This document shows, piece by piece, positions 36,022 to 38,445 of a DNA stretch of 38,445 bases. Under the pieces are notes generated by a model. That model was not told where the DNA came from. It did no database searches and worked only from the letters and a program-made list of their open reading frames with translations. The position numbers and the translations under genes were made by a program. The stretch lies in contig JAAOYH010000030.1 in NCBI GenBank assembly GCA_018221245.1, forward strand, positions 1-38,445, in the 5' to 3' direction. The stretch is from Candidatus Woesearchaeota archaeon (GTDB taxonomy: Archaea > Nanobdellota > Nanobdellia > Woesearchaeales > UBA525). Each line of letters begins with the position of its first letter. The first letter of the stretch is position 1.

Positions 36022-36957
36022 ATGCCAAAGAAAGAAGTTCCAGAAAAGAAGGTCAAGAAGCCTTCTAAGAAGAAGGATTCTAAAGAGAAAACTTCAAAGA
36101 AGCCTGAGCTGACCCCTGAGCAGCTGAAAGCGAAGCTCAAGGATCTGAACGAGAAGAAAGAAGAGGCGTTCAGGAAGAAGCAGGAGCTTGGCACCCAGAT
36201 AGCAGAGAAGATTCGCGCTATAAACCAACTTAAGATAACAAGGAATGGGCTCACCCGACAGGTACGAGAGATAAAAAAGGATCGTGATAAGCTCAATACG
36301 CAGATTACAGAGAGAATTGAAGAGATTAAGAAGACTCGGCCCAAGAAGGAGAAGGCAGCAGGGTCTATGCCTATGGATCCACGAGGCAGGCCACTAAGGC
36401 CGCACATGATTCAGAAACAGATTAAGGACCTAGAGACCAAAGTAGAGACAATTCCTATGAGCTTTGGTGCTGAGCAGAAAGTTATGAAGACCCTCAAGAT
36501 TCTCCAGAAACAGCTCAACCAGATAAAGGAGGTCTCAGGGCTATCTGCGGAGACTTCTGCTAAGAGCAAGGAGATTGATGTTCTCAAGAAGGATGCAAAC
36601 GCACTCCACGCAAAAGTCACGGAGCTGGCGAAGCAATCACAGGATTATCATGAGAAGATGCTCTTGTTGGGGAAAGAAATTGACGAACTGAAGGCCAACG
36701 AGGACAAGGTCTACCAGGACTTCCTAAAACACAAGCAAGAATATGTGGAGCTTTCAGGAGATATTACAGACGTCCGTGAAGAGGAGCGTAAGGAGCGCGC
36801 GAAGAAACGCGAACAATCTATGAATGCTCGCAGGAAAAAGCAAGAAGCAGAACAGAAGACCCTCAAGGAGCGCGCGAAAGAGGCAGAATCCAAGATGGTG
36901 AAAGGTCAGAAGCTTACCACAGAGGATCTTCTTGCACTCCAAGGCGTCAAGGATTAA
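36022..36957 (+). CDS. Archaeal coiled-coil protein (COG1340-like)
   Basis: Long heptad repeats, LETKVETIPMSFGAEQKV, C-terminal GQKLTTEDLLALQ. Confidence 0.8.
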   Translation: MPKKEVPEKKVKKPSKKKDSKEKTSKKPELTPEQLKAKLKDLNEKKEEAFRKKQELGTQIAEKIRAINQLKITRNGLTRQVREIKKDRDKLNTQITERIEEIKKTRPKKEKAAGSMPMDPRGRPLRPHMIQKQIKDLETKVETIPMSFGAEQKVMKTLKILQKQLNQIKEVSGLSAETSAKSKEIDVLKKDANALHAKVTELAKQSQDYHEKMLLLGKEIDELKANEDKVYQDFLKHKQEYVELSGDITDVREEERKERAKKREQSMNARRKKQEAEQKTLKERAKEAESKMVKGQKLTTEDLLALQGVKD

Positions 36958-36993
36958 TAACATTTATAACACGGTGTTTCCGTGATGAGTTCT

Positions 36994-37362
36994 ATGGCGA
37001 AGAAGAAGCAAGGTGGTCTTTCCTCTATGCTATCTGGGTTGACTGAGCTCCTTTTCTCGAGCGTGGTGACCAAGGTAGAGGGTGAGGCAGACGTGCTAAT
37101 CCATAAAGTAGAGACGAAAGTAGACAACATCATCAAGAAGATTGATGTCAGGATAAAGCAGCATCACCAAAAGATGATGATAGACTTGCAAATATCTGCT
37201 CTGAATGGTGTCGCGTGGCTGTTTATGCTGTTTGCAATATTTTTCTATATGACTGAGTTCGTAGGATATTCAAGACACGCATCTTTCTTTGTGTTAGGCG
37301 CAATCCTGCTCGTATTTAGCTTATATCTCAAGTACAGAATGTTAAAAATGAGGGTGGTATGA
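36994..37362 (+). CDS. Small two-TM membrane protein (YqjE/holin-like architecture)
   Basis: Amphipathic N-terminal helix followed by two TM segments; TTTATAA 31 nt upstream. Confidence 0.6.
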   Translation: MAKKKQGGLSSMLSGLTELLFSSVVTKVEGEADVLIHKVETKVDNIIKKIDVRIKQHHQKMMIDLQISALNGVAWLFMLFAIFFYMTEFVGYSRHASFFVLGAILLVFSLYLKYRMLKMRVV

Positions 37363-37667
37363 TGGTAAAAAAGAAGGCTCCCAAAAGAAAAAAAGCAACG
37401 AAACGTAAGGCACCAAAGAGGAAGCTCACTAAGAAATCTGTGAAGAGAAATGTCAAGAAGACTGCGGCACAGATTAAGAAAGAGGAAGTGGTGCTGAGAA
37501 AGAAAGCCATTGCAGAGTTCAAGAAGGCTAAGCAGAAGCTTCTAGCAGCGGAGAAGAAAATGAAAGCCTACGCCAAGAAGAATCCTGACAAAGCGGTTGC
37601 TATCGCTGTAGGTGTTGGTGCTGCTATTGGTGCGGCTGTAACTGCAGTCATGAAGCGCAAGAAATAA
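37359..37667 (+). CDS. Lys-rich tail-anchored protein with a DUF883/YqjD/ElaB-like C-terminus
   Basis: YAKKNPDKAVAIAVGVGAAIG...KRKK C-terminal anchor; K/A/R-rich N-terminus; ATGA overlap with the upstream gene. Confidence 0.65.
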   Translation: MMVKKKAPKRKKATKRKAPKRKLTKKSVKRNVKKTAAQIKKEEVVLRKKAIAEFKKAKQKLLAAEKKMKAYAKKNPDKAVAIAVGVGAAIGAAVTAVMKRKK

Positions 37668-37690
37668 TTTCTTTTTTTCATTTTTTTTCT
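37668..37690 (+). terminator. Oligo-T terminator
   Basis: T-rich tract directly after the stop codon. Confidence 0.5.
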
Positions 37691-37728
37691 GGAAAAAACT
37701 TAAATAAGGATGTGGGAGGGGTGAGAAC

Positions 37729-38268
37729 ATGGTGAAAATTGTTGTTATACAAGGCAGCTTGAACCAGGACTCTCGCACAGCAATAGTTGTGGCGGAGGCT
37801 GTCAAGAAGCTACAAGATAAGGACGTCGACCATGAAGTAATAGATCTCCGTGAGCTCAAACTACAGTTCTGTGATGGAAGAAGCATAGATGACTATAACT
37901 CAGACATGCAGAAAACTTACAAGACCATATCATCTGCGGACGGATACATCATAGGGATGCCAGTTTACCAGTACACTGTGGCAGGGCCGTTGAAGAACTT
38001 CATAGACATAATGAACCACGGCATGTACTACAAGGCTGTTGGAATGATATGCAATTCAGGAGGGATAAGATCTTATCTTGCAGCGGCAGACATGCTAAAG
38101 ATACTATCCTACGAGCTGTGGACTATCATGGTCCAGCCTACTGTGCATACTTGGCAAGGAAATTTTAAGGATGGTGAGCTCACAGATAACCATGCTCGTG
38201 AAAAGCTCGATCTTATGATAGAGAACGTGATAAGGTATGCTGCCGTAGAGCCCGCGAAGCCAGACTAG
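37729..38268 (+). CDS. NADPH-dependent FMN reductase (SsuE-like flavodoxin fold)
   Basis: IVVIQGSLNQDSRT, IDLREL, ADGYIIGMPVYQYTVAGPLKNFID. Confidence 0.9.
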   Translation: MVKIVVIQGSLNQDSRTAIVVAEAVKKLQDKDVDHEVIDLRELKLQFCDGRSIDDYNSDMQKTYKTISSADGYIIGMPVYQYTVAGPLKNFIDIMNHGMYYKAVGMICNSGGIRSYLAAADMLKILSYELWTIMVQPTVHTWQGNFKDGELTDNHAREKLDLMIENVIRYAAVEPAKPD

Positions 38269-38444
38269 TATGATTTCAAGATCTCTTCTACTAATCTAAG
38301 CATTTTTGGAGCTGCTATATCCATTACGCTGTTGGTCTGTTCGTGACTCACAGGGGTCTTATCCAGTCCTTCAGCGTAGTTCACATTTGAACAAATAGAA
38401 CAATAGGGAATCTCCATCTGTTTGCACAGAATTAACTCTGGAAC
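38265..38444 (-). CDS. Purine nucleoside/MTA phosphorylase family, C-terminal part (gene runs off the window edge)
   Basis: Manual translation: VPELILCKQMEIPYCSICSNVNYAEGLDKTPVSHEQTNSVMDIAAPKMLRLVEEILKSY*. Confidence 0.8.
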   Translation of the reverse strand, partial: VPELILCKQMEIPYCSICSNVNYAEGLDKTPVSHEQTNSVMDIAAPKMLRLVEEILKSY

Positions 38445-38445
38445 G

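Overview
Archaeal chromosomal window, most likely from a DPANN lineage (Woesearchaeota/Pacearchaeota-like). Support for this: TATA boxes about 30 nt upstream of starts, the proteasome-beta/aCPSF1 pair, the L1-P0-P1 operon, pilins starting 'KRAQAALEF.TTYGW', and an S-layer-type protein. Core content: four intron-less tRNAs (Val-GAC, Ser-CGA, Lys-CTT, Glu-CTC), uppS, yhbY, a DRG GTPase, a type IV pilus locus with three tandem pilins, psmB-aCPSF1, oligoendopeptidase F, a DEAD-box helicase, ribosomal stalk genes, an FMN reductase and a partial nucleoside phosphorylase. An accessory zone spans about 24.2-31.7 kb. The main discovery is immediately downstream of tRNA-Glu: two tiny single-gene units (505 bp and 852 bp), with no integrase, bounded by copies of the tRNA 3' end (CCCGGCGGGAGCA). 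The copies carry shared non-tRNA arms in an attL/attP/attR arrangement, so this is a candidate tRNA-anchored, integron-like cassette array. Other highlights: a four-gene cluster (radical SAM with CxxCxxC, ThDP decarboxylase, transglutaminase-like, methyltransferase) ending in a related palindrome; an orphan duplicate of a pilin 3' end; a twin palindromic operator at the pilus operon promoter; and a YqjE/YqjD-like gene pair. All calls come from reading the sequence by eye; no database searches were run.
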